Source of the DNA: Torpedo marmorata
Taxonomy: Eukaryota
DNA length: 64,000 nucleotides
Direction: 5' to 3'
Assembly: GCA_977017645.1 (NCBI GenBank)
Contig: OZ360221.1
Span: 65,410,001 to 65,474,000 of the forward strand
The notes below the pieces were generated by a model, which saw nothing but the letters and a program-made list of their open reading frames with translations, had not been told where the DNA came from and searched no databases. Every line of letters begins with the position of its first letter. The stretch's first letter is position 1. The position numbers and the translations under genes were made by a program. Positions 42,130 to 53,367 of the stretch are shown here, piece after piece.

Positions 42130-42520
42130 GAGTGAAATTATGAGATGGGCTTGTGTGTACTGGGTTTCAGAAGAATCCGATATACAACATTCTGAATAGA
42201 ATTGACAGAATAGATCTTGAGTGTCTATTTCAATAAGCTGGAACATTCAGTCATGGGGGCATTTAGTACTGAGATGACCATAAATGTATTTACACAGATG
42301 GTTGTAAATCTTTTGAATGTTTCTATTTGGGGCTGTAAACAATGATTGAATGAACACAGGCAAAGCTGATATTGATAGATTTTGTACACTTGGGGAATAA
42401 GGGATACTGGGATGCTGGTAAAGTGGATGAGGTATAGGATCAACCATGATCTTAATGAATGGTAAAGCAGATAGGAGAACTGATTGATCTCCTCATGCTT
42501 TTATTTCCTATGTTCTTATT
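42130..42520 (+). mobile_element. Degraded CR1 3' fragment
   Basis: FTQMVVNLLNV-like segment and tail ending CCTATGTTCTTAT. Confidence 0.6.
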
Positions 42521-43724
42521 AACTGTCAAGCTGTGCCTGCTTTGATCCAATTTACTGAACTTAAATCGGGTTGTATCAGCAGTTGTTTATTTAACAAAAG
42601 TTTCTTGTTTTCTATAGTGGCTTTAAGATAGTAATACAGGAAAATAACCAGATAAAACAACGTCAGGGAAATGTGGAGATATTTAAACTAATTGCTTTCT
42701 CTGCGGATTCTCAGAATCAGAATTTATTGTCATGAACAAGTCACAAAATTTGGTGTTTTGCGGCAGCATCATAGTGCAAGCATTCATATTATGAACCATC
42801 TTACAACAATAATATAAAAAAAATTAAAAATAAAAATAGTAGTGCACGAAAAGTAAGGCAGTGTCTTTGGTTCATTGATTATTCAGGAATCTGATGGCAG
42901 CGGGGAAGAAGCTGTCCTTGTGCCACTGAGTGCTCGTCTTTAGGCTCCTGTACCTTTTTCCCGATGGTAGCAGAGTGAAGAGGGCATGGCCTGGGTGGTG
43001 GGGGTCTTTGAGGATAGAAGCTGCTTTTTTAAGACACCACCTCGTGTAGATGTCCTCGATGGAGTGAAGTCTGGTGCCTGTGATGTCGCAGGCCGACGTA
43101 ACAACCCTCTGGAGTTTTTTCTTGTCCTGAGATTTGGCGCCTCCATACCAGGCAGTGATGCAACCAGCCAGAATGCTCTCCACGGTACACCTGTATAAGT
43201 TTTCGAGAGTCTTCGGTGACATACCGAATCTCCTCAAGCACCTCACAAAATATAGCTGCTGGCGGGCCTTCTTCATGATTGCATCAACATGGAGGCTCCA
43301 GGACAGATCCTCGGAGATGTTGACACCCAGGAATTTGAAGTTCTTGACCCTCTCCACTACTGAGCCCTCGATGAGGACTAGGTCATGTTCCCCTGACTCC
43401 CTCCTGAAGTCCACAATCATCTCCTTGGTTTTGCTAACATTGAGCGCAAGGTGGTTGTTTTGACACCACTCAGTGCTGATCTATCTCCCTCCTGTACGCT
43501 TCCTCATTGCCGTTTGTGATTCTGCCGACAATTGTGGTGTCATCGGCAAACTTGTAGATAGCATTGGAATTGTGCCTGGCCACACAGTCATGGGTGTATA
43601 ATGAGTAGAGCAGTGGGCTAAGCACGCATCCTTGGGGTGCGCCTGTGTTGATAATCAGTGAGGAGGAGATGTTTATTCCAATTCGTACTGACTGTGATCT
43701 TCCGATGAGAAAGTCAAGGATCTA

Positions 43725-44310
43725 GTTCTAGTTTCCGTCGCTCCCGATGCAATTAAGCACAGCACTCAGAAATTTTGTTATTAACTCTTTATTAAGTAAC
43801 AAGCTACCTGAGAGAGCCCTCCCCTGCTCTCCAGTGGAAGCTACCTGGGAGAGCCCTCCCCTGCTCTCCAGTCTCCGTCCGACCAGAGGACGCACCAGAT
43901 ATTTATACACACAGACAAGGTAGTTACAGCAAAAGTTGCATCAGCCACAGACCCACGTGATCTCAAAGTAGAACATTACATGTAAGCTGAGGAGAACCCC
44001 CTTCCCCACACCCCCCCCCCAAGCCTGTGTCCTTAAAGATTATCATACAAGGTTGCAAAAAATCTCTTAGAACAAAGGACAGTTTACAATTCTCAGACTC
44101 AGCGAAAAAGCCAGAACATCTTATCTGTTCTTGCACCATCTGTTTTTGCTCAGCTCTAACCGTACCAGGCACCTCAAGGGTGAGAGCGAGCTTCCTGGCA
44201 CCAACACACACAGCAACACAGCACTTCTTTCAATCCTTTCACCCCCCCCCCCCCACTACAATGAGTCCCACCAGGCTTCCAAGGGTCCCAACAATCACCT
44301 CCTAACATCA
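43725..44310 (-). repeat. ERV 3' LTR
   Basis: Direct repeat of 48823-49383. Minus-strand TATAAATAT near 43899-43907 and AATAAA 43788-43793; internal tandem duplication of about 37 bp at 43801-43872. Confidence 0.93.
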
Positions 44311-44338
44311 TTCCTTCCTTTTATCATTCTATGATAAC

Positions 44339-45468
44339 TTATAGCAGAACAGAGGCAGATACACGTGCTAGTATGGTTTTACAGCAGACATTTATACAGG
44401 TGACAACAGCACAGAGAGCAACTAGTACTGCCGAGAGTATTACAAATGCATGTAAGATATATGACCCCCATGATCCTCCGAATATCCATTTTAGCCAGTC
44501 AAACCACCCATCCTGTCCTGTGGGACCCTGTCTAAAACTGTCCAGCTGATCATGGATATCCTGTATTGCTTTAGAGATATTAAAGGATTCATCTGCGACC
44601 TTGGTGATGCACTTATCTCCGACAATAGCGCAAACACCATCCTGGGTAGCTAACTGATAATCCACTGCATACCGGGTCTGTTGTTCAAAGAGCCTCAACT
44701 CCACCAGTTCTCGATCAACAGCCTCCAGCCCTGCCATAGTCTCATTGCCCAACGCCGTTAAGCCACAGATGTAATAATTGTGATTCTTCGTAGCCACCAC
44801 CCCAGCCGATCCTCCAAGGGATATGGAACTGAGCACTCCCCATCCGATGTCGGACCCTAGGTTTTTGGATTATGATAGTCCGCCCAGAATTCCTTGGTCA
44901 CTCCATGGGGGACGATTCATCGTCTGGCTTGAGCGTTCTCAGGGCATGGGACGACTCGAGGTCCTAACGTCCCTATGGCAAACAAGGCAGGGAGACTGTT
45001 TCCATAAATGGCGGTGGTAAAAGTTCCATTAAGAAGGAATACATATCCCTTCTTTTAACTGATAACAGGTGGTGGAGTCTGGGAACATCGTTTGGTACCA
45101 TGGCAACCCCCGTTAGCCTGATTGTACTTTACTATTAGTTCAAATAGGGCTATCTGGCTCTCTATACACCTTCCTTTTGCCACCCTAGAGAGCGTTCCCC
45201 TGATCCCTTTGCAAGCACTGGTGGTGTCCTGTATTTTCAGTTCTTCCTCGTTCTCACTCATCGGTTGGGCCATAAATAAAGCCTGAGTAGAATGCACGAG
45301 AGGGTAACACACTGTCCTGTTCCCATATAGTTTTAAATGCGTTGTATAAAACAGATTATCCGAGAGGGCCCCAGTGGGCCTCCCCTTGGTCATAAACAAA
45401 CAGTAAAGAAGGTATAGTTCAAAATAAAGTTCAAGTCCATAATTCACATGCCATCTGGTTCCCATCAT
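44339..45468 (-). pseudogene. env: ERV env (about 375 codons; stops and one frameshift)
   Basis: Hydrophobic leader, short SU, then TM with fusion-peptide-like GVLSSISLGGSAGVV, heptads, RYAVDYQLATQDGVCAIVGDKC, WFDWLKWIFG and a transmembrane helix. The start overlaps the pol stop (ATGA). Confidence 0.85.
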
Positions 45469-47330
45469 TTGCAGTCACTGAGGTGGATCCACCGTTCAAT
45501 TCCTTGCACTTTCACGGCTGTCGGCGTTTGCAGAAGTATCTGAAAGGGCCCTTTCCACCGAGGTCCCAACTTAACTCTTTCCCAGTCTCTGATTAGGACC
45601 TGATCTCTGGTGGTAACTTGGGGCCACTCCGATTGTCCTTCAGTCGTCCCGAAAGCTTCTCGTACTTGTGAGTGGAGAAACTTTAAAGAGGCTGTTAATT
45701 GATGGAAATATCGATGCAAATATTCACCCATCAAGGTTACGTCTCTGGTTTGGTAGGCTGACATTCGCATCCCATGGGTTTCTTCCTGGTCTCCCGTATA
45801 TCATTTCGGCTGGTGAGACTCCCGTCCTGGAATGAGGGGTTATCCTCATTTGATACAGAGCCAGAGGCAAGACTTTGACCCACCCCAGACCTGTTTCTGT
45901 CATTAATTTTTCTAGTTTAGTTTTTAAAACCCCGTTGGCTCTCTCCACTACCCCCGCCGCTCTTGGATGATGTGTACAGTGGAATTGTTGTTTGATTCCA
46001 AGAGCCTGACACATTTCCTTGTTAATCTTCCCCACAAAATGTGGGCCATTATCCGAGCTAATTTGTGCTGGCAGGCCAAACCTCGGAATTACCTCCGTGA
46101 GGAGTATACATACTACCGTAGATGCCTTATTATTCGAGTAGTCAGGTTGGCTTTGATCCATCTGCTAAAAACATCTATCATAACCAAACAATACTTATAA
46201 CAATGTACACGTAGCAACTCAATGAAATCTAATTGAATGCACTCGAATGGCCCCCCCCCGGCAATGGCGTGTGTCCCACTGCGCATTTTATCCCTTTTCC
46301 TGGATCATTTATTTGTCATACGAGGCATGATTGCTTTCTTTTTCTTGCTGCCTCCTCAATCTTGGGATGCCACCAGGTTCGCAGCAGAACATTACTCATT
46401 CCTTCCTTGCTGAAGTGCGTATCCGAGTGCAGACAATCTACAAGCAACGGCAATAGAGTATCAGGAATACATACTTGGCCCACTGGAGTTGTCCAGAGGC
46501 CTGTGGACGCAATTCGGCCGCAGAAGCGTCCTTCTGGTGCCGTATAATTTCTTCCAAGTCTGGTTTACCCGGAACCTCAGATGTTCGAATTGTTGCCACC
46601 CGGTCATTGGTAATTACCTCAACCTTCCCGTGGCCGTGGCTTGCTTTGCGGCTGAATCCGCCCTATTATTTCCCTGGGTTAGGAGAGAATCATCCGCTCG
46701 GTGCGCAGAGCATTTGTTATGGCCAATTGGGTAGGGAGGAAGATGGCCTCTAATAGGTTCTTCACGATGGTCGCATTCTGTATGGGAGTTCCGGCCAATG
46801 TTAGGAAACCCCTGTGGGACCAGAGGGCCCCAAAACCATGTGCTACTCCAAAGGCATATCTGGAGTCGGTGTATATGTTTACTGCCTTCCCTGATGCCTT
46901 AATGCATGCTCGTATTAAGGCAAATAATTCAGCTTTTTGAGCTGAAACGGGGGGTCGTAGGGCTGCTGCCTCGAGCTCAGAGGTCGAGTCGACAATAGCG
47001 TAACCACTCATTCGTTCCCCCGTACTATGAACATAAGATGAGCCATCTACGAAAAGGGTCATATCGGGTCGTTCGAGAGGGACGTCTTGAAAGTCGGAGC
47101 GCGGAGATGTTAAAATGGAATTGCGAGTGAGGCAATCGTGAGGCGAGGTGGAAAGATTCTGTGGCGGGTTACTGAGGAAAGTCGCAGGATTCAAAGACGA
47201 ACAATGGGCGAAGGTCAGTAATGGGTTATGTAAGAGCAAGATCTCGTAGCGACTTAAATGAGCCTGGGTGAGATGTTGGGTCTGACATGAGGTCATGGTG
47301 ATGGTGTAGTCAGAGTCATACAGCAGAGGC
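45465..47330 (-). pseudogene. pol: ERV pol remnant: connection, RNase H and integrase (PR and RT absent)
   Basis: LNPATFL, HDCL, LFVDGSS, SAQKAEL, NIYTDSRYAFG; IPRFGLP..ISSDNGPHF, GVVERANG; GPRWKGPFQILL and WIH. Frameshifted. Confidence 0.92.
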
Positions 47331-48357
47331 TGAACAAATCTTAGGTAGTAGCCTGATACATCTGGATGGTATTCATTATAATCTATAAATTCTTCTGGGT
47401 TTGTCTTTCGATTAGGGGCTTGGTTCATGATCATACACATCTCATGGGGTTTCCAGGGGGTGTAAACCTGAAGGGTTGGGGCCTGAGCATTTCCATGAGG
47501 GTTGGAGATAGTCAGATTAGGAAGGGCTCTTGCAGCCGGTTGCTAAAGCCTGTAGGGGCCATCCACATTGTATTCCTCCTTTGGGTCAATGTCAGGGCCA
47601 TTCCCTATCGTTCGAACATTTACCGCTGCCTACGGCTTCTGTCAGGGTGTCTTAGCGCTCCATGCGGCTGGGACAGGCAGTTGACTTAAGCCAGGGGTCT
47701 GACTCCTCTTTCGGGCGGCAATTGAAGGGGGTGCAGACGGGGATGCCGGTGGGAGTAGGGGCATCCCTGGCAAGTATGGGGGTGGTCTGGTGGGTTGATT
47801 TCCCTGTTGTGGTGGAAAAGGGGGATAAATAGGGGGACTTGGCCAGTCATCTTCCTCCTGATCTGTCATTTTGGAACAGTTCTGGTAGGCCAGACATGGA
47901 CGGGACCGGTCCCTTTTTTGAGGTTTCGTTACCTTTTTCTTCTCCTGTATCCTTCCTTTGCTTTCCAACCTTTTCCTTATCGTGCTCCTCACATTGATAC
48001 TTCAGCACCTCCCAAGGCTTGTTTCCTCCCTTCCCATCACTTATGTTTATCCCTCTTCGACTTGCATTACGTTCCCAAATTGTTTGTCTAGACCTCTGAT
48101 TAATTTCTTCGGCTTCAGTTTGCCAAGCCGACATTAGTAGTTTCCACTGATCCCCCTTATTTCTTTTCCATATAGCCTCTTCCGCTTTTTTGCACTTAGC
48201 TAGATCCCAAGTTCCTCCCAGAGGCTATTCCTCGTTTCCTAATTTTTTATTTAAAGGAGGCGGATAATTTTCGAAACAACTGTTCTTTCGTTGGATTTTT
48301 CTTACACATTTTACCCAAAGGAGTGATTACTCCCGATTTATCACAAACTTGTCCCAT
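47330..48357 (-). pseudogene. gag: ERV gag remnant (matrix, late domain, start of capsid)
   Basis: ATG at 48357 gives MGQVCDK (myristoylation Gly); (W)PLGGTWD matrix motif; PPIYPP...RPPPY late domain. Stops and frameshifts. 3' limit approximate. Confidence 0.8.
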
Positions 48358-48801
48358 GTTGTCCCTTTTGTTCCTCTGCGCCCACTTCAGGGTCCTGACC
48401 TTCGCGTGGGGGATTTCCCCTCTTAACCAGACTAAGGCAGAGCATCAGAACTAGGACAACACTTTCAGAACTAGGACAACACTTTTATCCCTTCCCTGGG
48501 CGAATCTTCAAGCCCTTGTTTTCCGTCATCGAATCCTCAAGCCGACCTTCTATCCCTACCCTGGGCGAATCCTCAAGCCCTACCTTGTTTTCCGTCAGCG
48601 AATCCTCAAGCCGACCTTCTGTGTGCCCGGGACGCGACGCTCTCGGTTCGTCTGGAGCTCGTCAGAGTCGTGCCATCGGAGGAGGGGATCAGCTGGACTG
48701 ACACCTTAAGAGGAGAACCGGGAAAGTTTCCCGTGGGCCCGATCTCTGGGCGCCAGCTCAGTCGGTCACTTACACCGTCTGGTGAACAATTCTCAATTGG
48801 G

Positions 48802-48819
48802 CTCCTGGCTGGCTCGCCA
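48802..48819 (-). promoter_or_regulatory. ERV primer-binding site, tRNA-Arg(ACG)
   Basis: TGGCGAGCCAGCCAGGAG, 3 nt after the LTR-terminal CA, is the complement of the vertebrate tRNA-Arg(ACG) 3' end (CTCCTGGCTGGCTCG-CCA). Confidence 0.88.
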
Positions 48820-48822
48820 AAT

Positions 48823-49383
48823 TGTCGTTCTAGTTTCCGTCGCTCCCGATGCAATTAGGCACAGCACGCAGAAATGTCTTTATTAAGTAGCAAGCTACCT
48901 GGGAGAGCCCTCCCCTGCTCTCCAGTGGAAGCAGTATCGCAGGGTCTCCATCCGACAAGAGGACGCACCAGATATTTATACACACAGACAAGGTAGTTAC
49001 AGCAAAAGTTGCATCAGCCAGAGACCCACGTGATCTCAAAGTAGAACATTACATGTAAGCCGAGCAGAATCCCCTTACCACCCCCCAAGCCTGTGGCCTT
49101 AAAGATTATCATACAAGGTTGCAAAACATCTCTTAGAACAAAGGACAATTTACAATTCTCAGACTCAGTGAAAAACCCAGAACATCTTATCTGTTCTTGT
49201 ACCATCTGTTTTTGCTCAACTCTAACTGTACCAGGCACCTCAAGGGTGAGAGCGAGCTTCCCGGCACCAACAAACACAGCAACACAGCACTTCTTTCAAT
49301 CCTTTCACCTTCCCCCACCACCCCCCCAATACAATGAGTCCCACCAGGCTCCCAAGGGTCCCAACATTCACCTCCATACATCA
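48823..49383 (-). repeat. ERV 5' LTR
   Basis: TGATG...CGACA on the minus strand, adjacent to the PBS. Confidence 0.93.
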
Positions 49384-49999
49384 GTTGCAGCGGGGGGGGG
49401 GGGGGGGGGGGCGGTACAGAGGCCCAGAGTTTGTAGCTTCTTGACCAGCACTGAGGGAATAATGGTATTGAAGGCTGAGCTGTTGTCGATGAAGAGCAGC
49501 CGTATGTATGAGTTGCTGTTTTCGAGGTGATCCAGAGCTGAGTGGAGAGCCAGCGATATTGCATCTGCTGTGGAGCGATTGTGACGATAGGCGAATTGCA
49601 GTGGGTCCAGATCTTTTCATCACAGTAGAAGTTAGTGCTACTGGGTGATAGTCGTTGAGGCACCTCACACTACTCTTCTTGGGCACCGGGATGATTGATG
49701 CCCTTTTGAAGCAGGTGGGAACCTCTGACTGCAGCAATGAGAGGTTGAAAATGTCTGTGAACACTCCGGCTAGTTGGTTGGCGCAGATTTTCAGTTCCCT
49801 GCCAGGTACGCTGTCAGGGCCAGATGCCTTGCGAGGGTTCACCCTCTTGAATGATGTTCTAACATTGTCCTCAGAGACAGATATCACAGGGTCCTCAGCC
49901 TTTGCAGGGATTCTAGTAGGCACTGTTTGGTTCTTCTCAAAGCGGGCATAGAAGGTGTTCAGCTCATCGGGTAATGAAGCAACACAGCCATCTATGTAT

Positions 50000-50320
50000 A
50001 GTAAAGTAAAACACGAAAATCTGTAGACACCGTGGTTGAAGTAAAAAACACAAATGCTGGAGAAGTCAGCAGGTCAAACAGTGTCTTTTATGTAGCAAAG
50101 GTAGAAATACATAACCGACGTTTCGGGCTTGAGCCCTTCATCAAGAAATACATAACCGACGTTTCGGGCTTGAGGCCTTCATCAAGAAATACATAACCGA
50201 CGTTTCGGGCTTGAGCTCTTCATCAAGAATTGATGAAGGGCTCAAGCCCGAAACGTCGGTTATGTATTTCTACCTTTGCTACATAAAAGACACTGTTTGA
50301 CCTGCTGAGTTCTCCAGCAT
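50000..50320. mobile_element. Penelope-derived palindromic insertion: three tandem 41-bp hammerhead-like units plus one inverted arm
   Basis: Units 50104-50144, 50145-50185, 50186-50226. Inverted arms 50054-50144 and 50230-50320. TSD CATCTATGTAT at 49989-49999 and 50318-50328. Confidence 0.88.
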
Positions 50321-50654
50321 CTATGTATGGTGTTCGCTCTCGCTTTGTAGGCTGTAATGGTCTGCACTCCCTGCCATAGCTGGTGTGTATCTGTCTCTGT
50401 CTCTTGCTTCCTTTGATTATAATCTTAGACAAAAATGTTTGATTTGGACTTTTAACTTGTATTACATGCTAGAGATTAAATACGGTAGTTGAAAAGGGAT
50501 GAATTAAGCTCGCCATTGTGAATCGCTATGTCTCAGAATTTCCAGAAACTAGTGAGTCAATTGCACTTGCTACTGATCTACACAGTAAATTTACATTTAA
50601 CTGCTTGAATCTACAAGTGCCGATTTTGGGTTTCAGAATAGTGTCTTAGGCCTT

Positions 50655-50915
50655 TTTTATGAACATAGAATATTACAGCACAGTACAGGTCCTTCAGCCC
50701 ATGATGTTGTGTTGACCGAACAAAAAAAAAAGAAACCCTCCCTACCTCATAACCCTCCAATTTTTTTCATTCATGTGCCTAAGAGTCTCTTAAATGTCCC
50801 TATTGTTCCAACCATCACTACCATCCCTGGCAATGCATTCCAGGCACCCACAACTCTGTGTTTATATATAAAAAAAACAGCCCTGATGTCTCCCCTAAAC
50901 TTTCCTCCTTTGATC
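50655..50915 (-). mobile_element. CR1 3' end fragment
   Basis: GAACATAGAA tail and CCTGGCAATGCATTCCAGGCAC (WNALP on the minus strand). Confidence 0.7.
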
Positions 50916-51731
50916 TAGGTTTGTACAGCATGGTTGTAATGTGTTAATAAAGAAACCGTTTTACACTTTCAAGGCTTGTAAATGGCCAGCCTTGTATGAG
51001 GGAAGACTAAATTGAGGATTTAAAGCCTTTTGTGCCAGGCAAAGGAGGGCTGACTTTACATAGGCCACTGCAGGGTTCAGAGGCATTTTTCATTTTCTTG
51101 GGAACACTATTCTTTTAAGTTCTTGGTGATTGCTCCCATTTGCCCTGATGTCCTAAGCAATCCCTAATCAAATGCTGTGGATTAGACTGCGTACGAGCTG
51201 AAGTACTGAAGATGCAGTTCAGACTAGCTACACTTTAGCCAAGCTATTCCAGTAGAATGATAATATCGTCAGGTGGATGCTAACGTGGAAAATTTGCCTG
51301 GATGAGTCCATTTCATAAAAAGCAGGACAAAATTATTACTACCAACCAATCTACATTTGATCATCATCAAAGTAATATAGGTGTTTTTGTGTCAACAGTA
51401 CAACCACGTTGCATTTAATTTGCGATAACTTGCTCAGCAGTGCTCAGTTTTTATTTCACTATGACCACTTGGCCCCAGAACTCATCACAGCTTGTTCCAA
51501 ATGTATACTAATGAGGTGAATTCCAGAGGTGAGATGAGAGTGACTGCTCTCAACATCGACGGTGTATTTGACTAAGAATGGCATCAAGGAGCAATGAAGT
51601 CGGGGGCGTGGCGTGATGGCGTAGGAAGAAGACGCAGAAGAACACCACTCCCGACAGATAAAACTTAGAAGACTGTCTAATTAACTTTCTTTAAAGTTAG
51701 AATACTTTGAATAGTATTAACAGTTACTACA

Positions 51732-53096
51732 ATGGCCACAAGAAGAAAAACAAAGGAACAGAAGCCTAAGAAAAGTTTAAAATCGGTAAAACAGTTATCC
51801 ACAGTATATGAAGAAAACAGGCCTACCTTTACTTTGGATCCGGGGACTGTAGTTGTGATGGAGCCCAAGGTCCAGCGGAGGATACGGAAGGAGGAGTCGG
51901 TGGTGACGGCGCCAGCTCCGCAGGGAGCTGCGGAAGATGGCGCCGACACCCGACGTCGGACTACAAGAATCAGCACTGAATCATCGCGCATGCGCGAACC
52001 GGCAGGACTCGGCAAGCTGCAAAAACAGGCAGCTGGATCAGAAACGTCTGTGAGGACTCCTCAGGCTATATTTCAGCCTGAGGAGCTGGAAGGATCGGAA
52101 TCAGAAGAAGAGAGAGAGGAAGACACTGATGATGATGATGATGATGAAGAAGAAATGTCTTCTGAAGGTATGCAAGTTATAAAAAAGGTAACAGGAGCAG
52201 ATAAAGAAAATTTTAAAACTGTGTTATTGGCCATTGTAAAGTTAGAGAAAGGTGTGAAACAAAGATTTACTCAACTTGAATATGAACTGAAAAAAGAAAT
52301 TCGGGAAGTAAGAAAAGACATGAATAAAATGGATACTAGAGTAAAACAAGTAGAAGAGGATGTTGAATATTGCAAAGAGAGAGTGAACACTATGGAAGAT
52401 ACTTTTACGGGCTGGCAATTACAACGTGATCAATTAATGCAGAAGATGGATCAGATGGAAAATCAAAGTCGAAGGAATAATGTTAAAATATTGGGAATAC
52501 CGGAAGGAACTGAGACACAGGACGCAACAGGATTTTTTCAGGATTGGTTGGTGCGGACATTTAATCTTGAACAACCAATGGAATTGGAAAGAGCGCATAG
52601 AGTTGGAAGGAGAAACCAAGTGGACCGGAGACCTCGTCCAGTTTTGATGAAATGCCTTAGATATCAAGATAGGGAAAAAATCTTAAAGATGGCAATTCAA
52701 AGAGCACGGGACAATAGAGGCCCGATGGTTATGGAAGGAAATAGAGTTTTCTTTTACCCTGATTTAAGCACAATGGTGGTTAAGCAACGAAAAGAGTTTA
52801 ATCCAGCAAAGGCTATATTATGGGATAAAGGATATAAATTCTCGTTTAAATATCCAGCAAGTTTGAGGATCCAGGACAATGATGAAAAATTTATATTGTT
52901 TACGGATCACGAAGCGGCGCTTACTCATGCAAAAGCTCTTCCGCGTCGATCAAGAAACTTTCAGAATACTTTAGAACAACAAGATCGGAGAAATCAAGTA
53001 CACCGAGATGATGAGATACCCGGGATATCAGGAGAAAATACTTTAATTCAAGTTGAAGAAGAACGAGATAATATTATTGTGGGAGACGTTAATTGA
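51732..53096 (+). CDS. L1 ORF1p (coiled coil, RRM and CTD), 454 aa
   Basis: ENQSRRNNVKILGIPEG, LERAHRVG, RPRPVL, FFYPDLS and KYPASL motifs; acidic N-terminal tract. Confidence 0.92.
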   Translation: MATRRKTKEQKPKKSLKSVKQLSTVYEENRPTFTLDPGTVVVMEPKVQRRIRKEESVVTAPAPQGAAEDGADTRRRTTRISTESSRMREPAGLGKLQKQAAGSETSVRTPQAIFQPEELEGSESEEEREEDTDDDDDDEEEMSSEGMQVIKKVTGADKENFKTVLLAIVKLEKGVKQRFTQLEYELKKEIREVRKDMNKMDTRVKQVEEDVEYCKERVNTMEDTFTGWQLQRDQLMQKMDQMENQSRRNNVKILGIPEGTETQDATGFFQDWLVRTFNLEQPMELERAHRVGRRNQVDRRPRPVLMKCLRYQDREKILKMAIQRARDNRGPMVMEGNRVFFYPDLSTMVVKQRKEFNPAKAILWDKGYKFSFKYPASLRIQDNDEKFILFTDHEAALTHAKALPRRSRNFQNTLEQQDRRNQVHRDDEIPGISGENTLIQVEEERDNIIVGDVN

Positions 53097-53367
53097 AAAC
53101 ATTTTGGATATTATATAAATCTGTTGGGGGGAGGTGGGTGCATGAGCACTTCTTCCGAACCTATCACCACTTTAGCGGCGAGAACCGCTTCTCGAACAAT
53201 GGAGGGGGGTAACACTGGGAATAGAAGACCAGTGTTCTTTACAGGGGTTTTTTTTCTTATTTTAATGTTTCTTTCTTTCATTCTAACTGAGGAGGACATA
53301 TATATGCAGATGAGTAAGAGGGATACGCTGGTGGATCTGATTGACAGGGAAGGATTATTATTTGATT

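Larger units (their letters stand above)
43725..49383 (-). mobile_element. Endogenous retrovirus (class I, gamma/epsilon-like), internally deleted, two LTRs
   Basis: LTRs 48823-49383 (5') and 43725-44310 (3'), starting TGATG on the minus strand. PBS 48802-48819, PPT 44311-44325. gag, RNase H, integrase and env remnants lie between them. Confidence 0.95.
42711..50410 (-). mobile_element. Rex1/Babar LINE, 5'-truncated and split into 42711-43724, 49384-49999 and about 50318-50410 by two later insertions
   Basis: ORF pieces NPRKASGPD, PTCFKRASIIPVPKK, LNDYHPVALTS and IVDFRR...FKFLGV...CITAWYG. (TTCTGA)n tail near 42711. Sequence is collinear across both insertions. Confidence 0.9.

Noticed and set aside
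43963-44305. Duplicated 82-92 aa ORFs (also 49014-49530) as an accessory viral gene
   Set aside because: They lie within the LTRs, lack ATG starts in good context and show no known motif; the duplication is explained by the LTRs.
50104-50226. CRISPR-like array of 41-bp repeats
   Set aside because: The units are head-to-tail with no spacers, the context is eukaryotic, and the unit matches the Penelope pseudo-LTR at 39600-39640.
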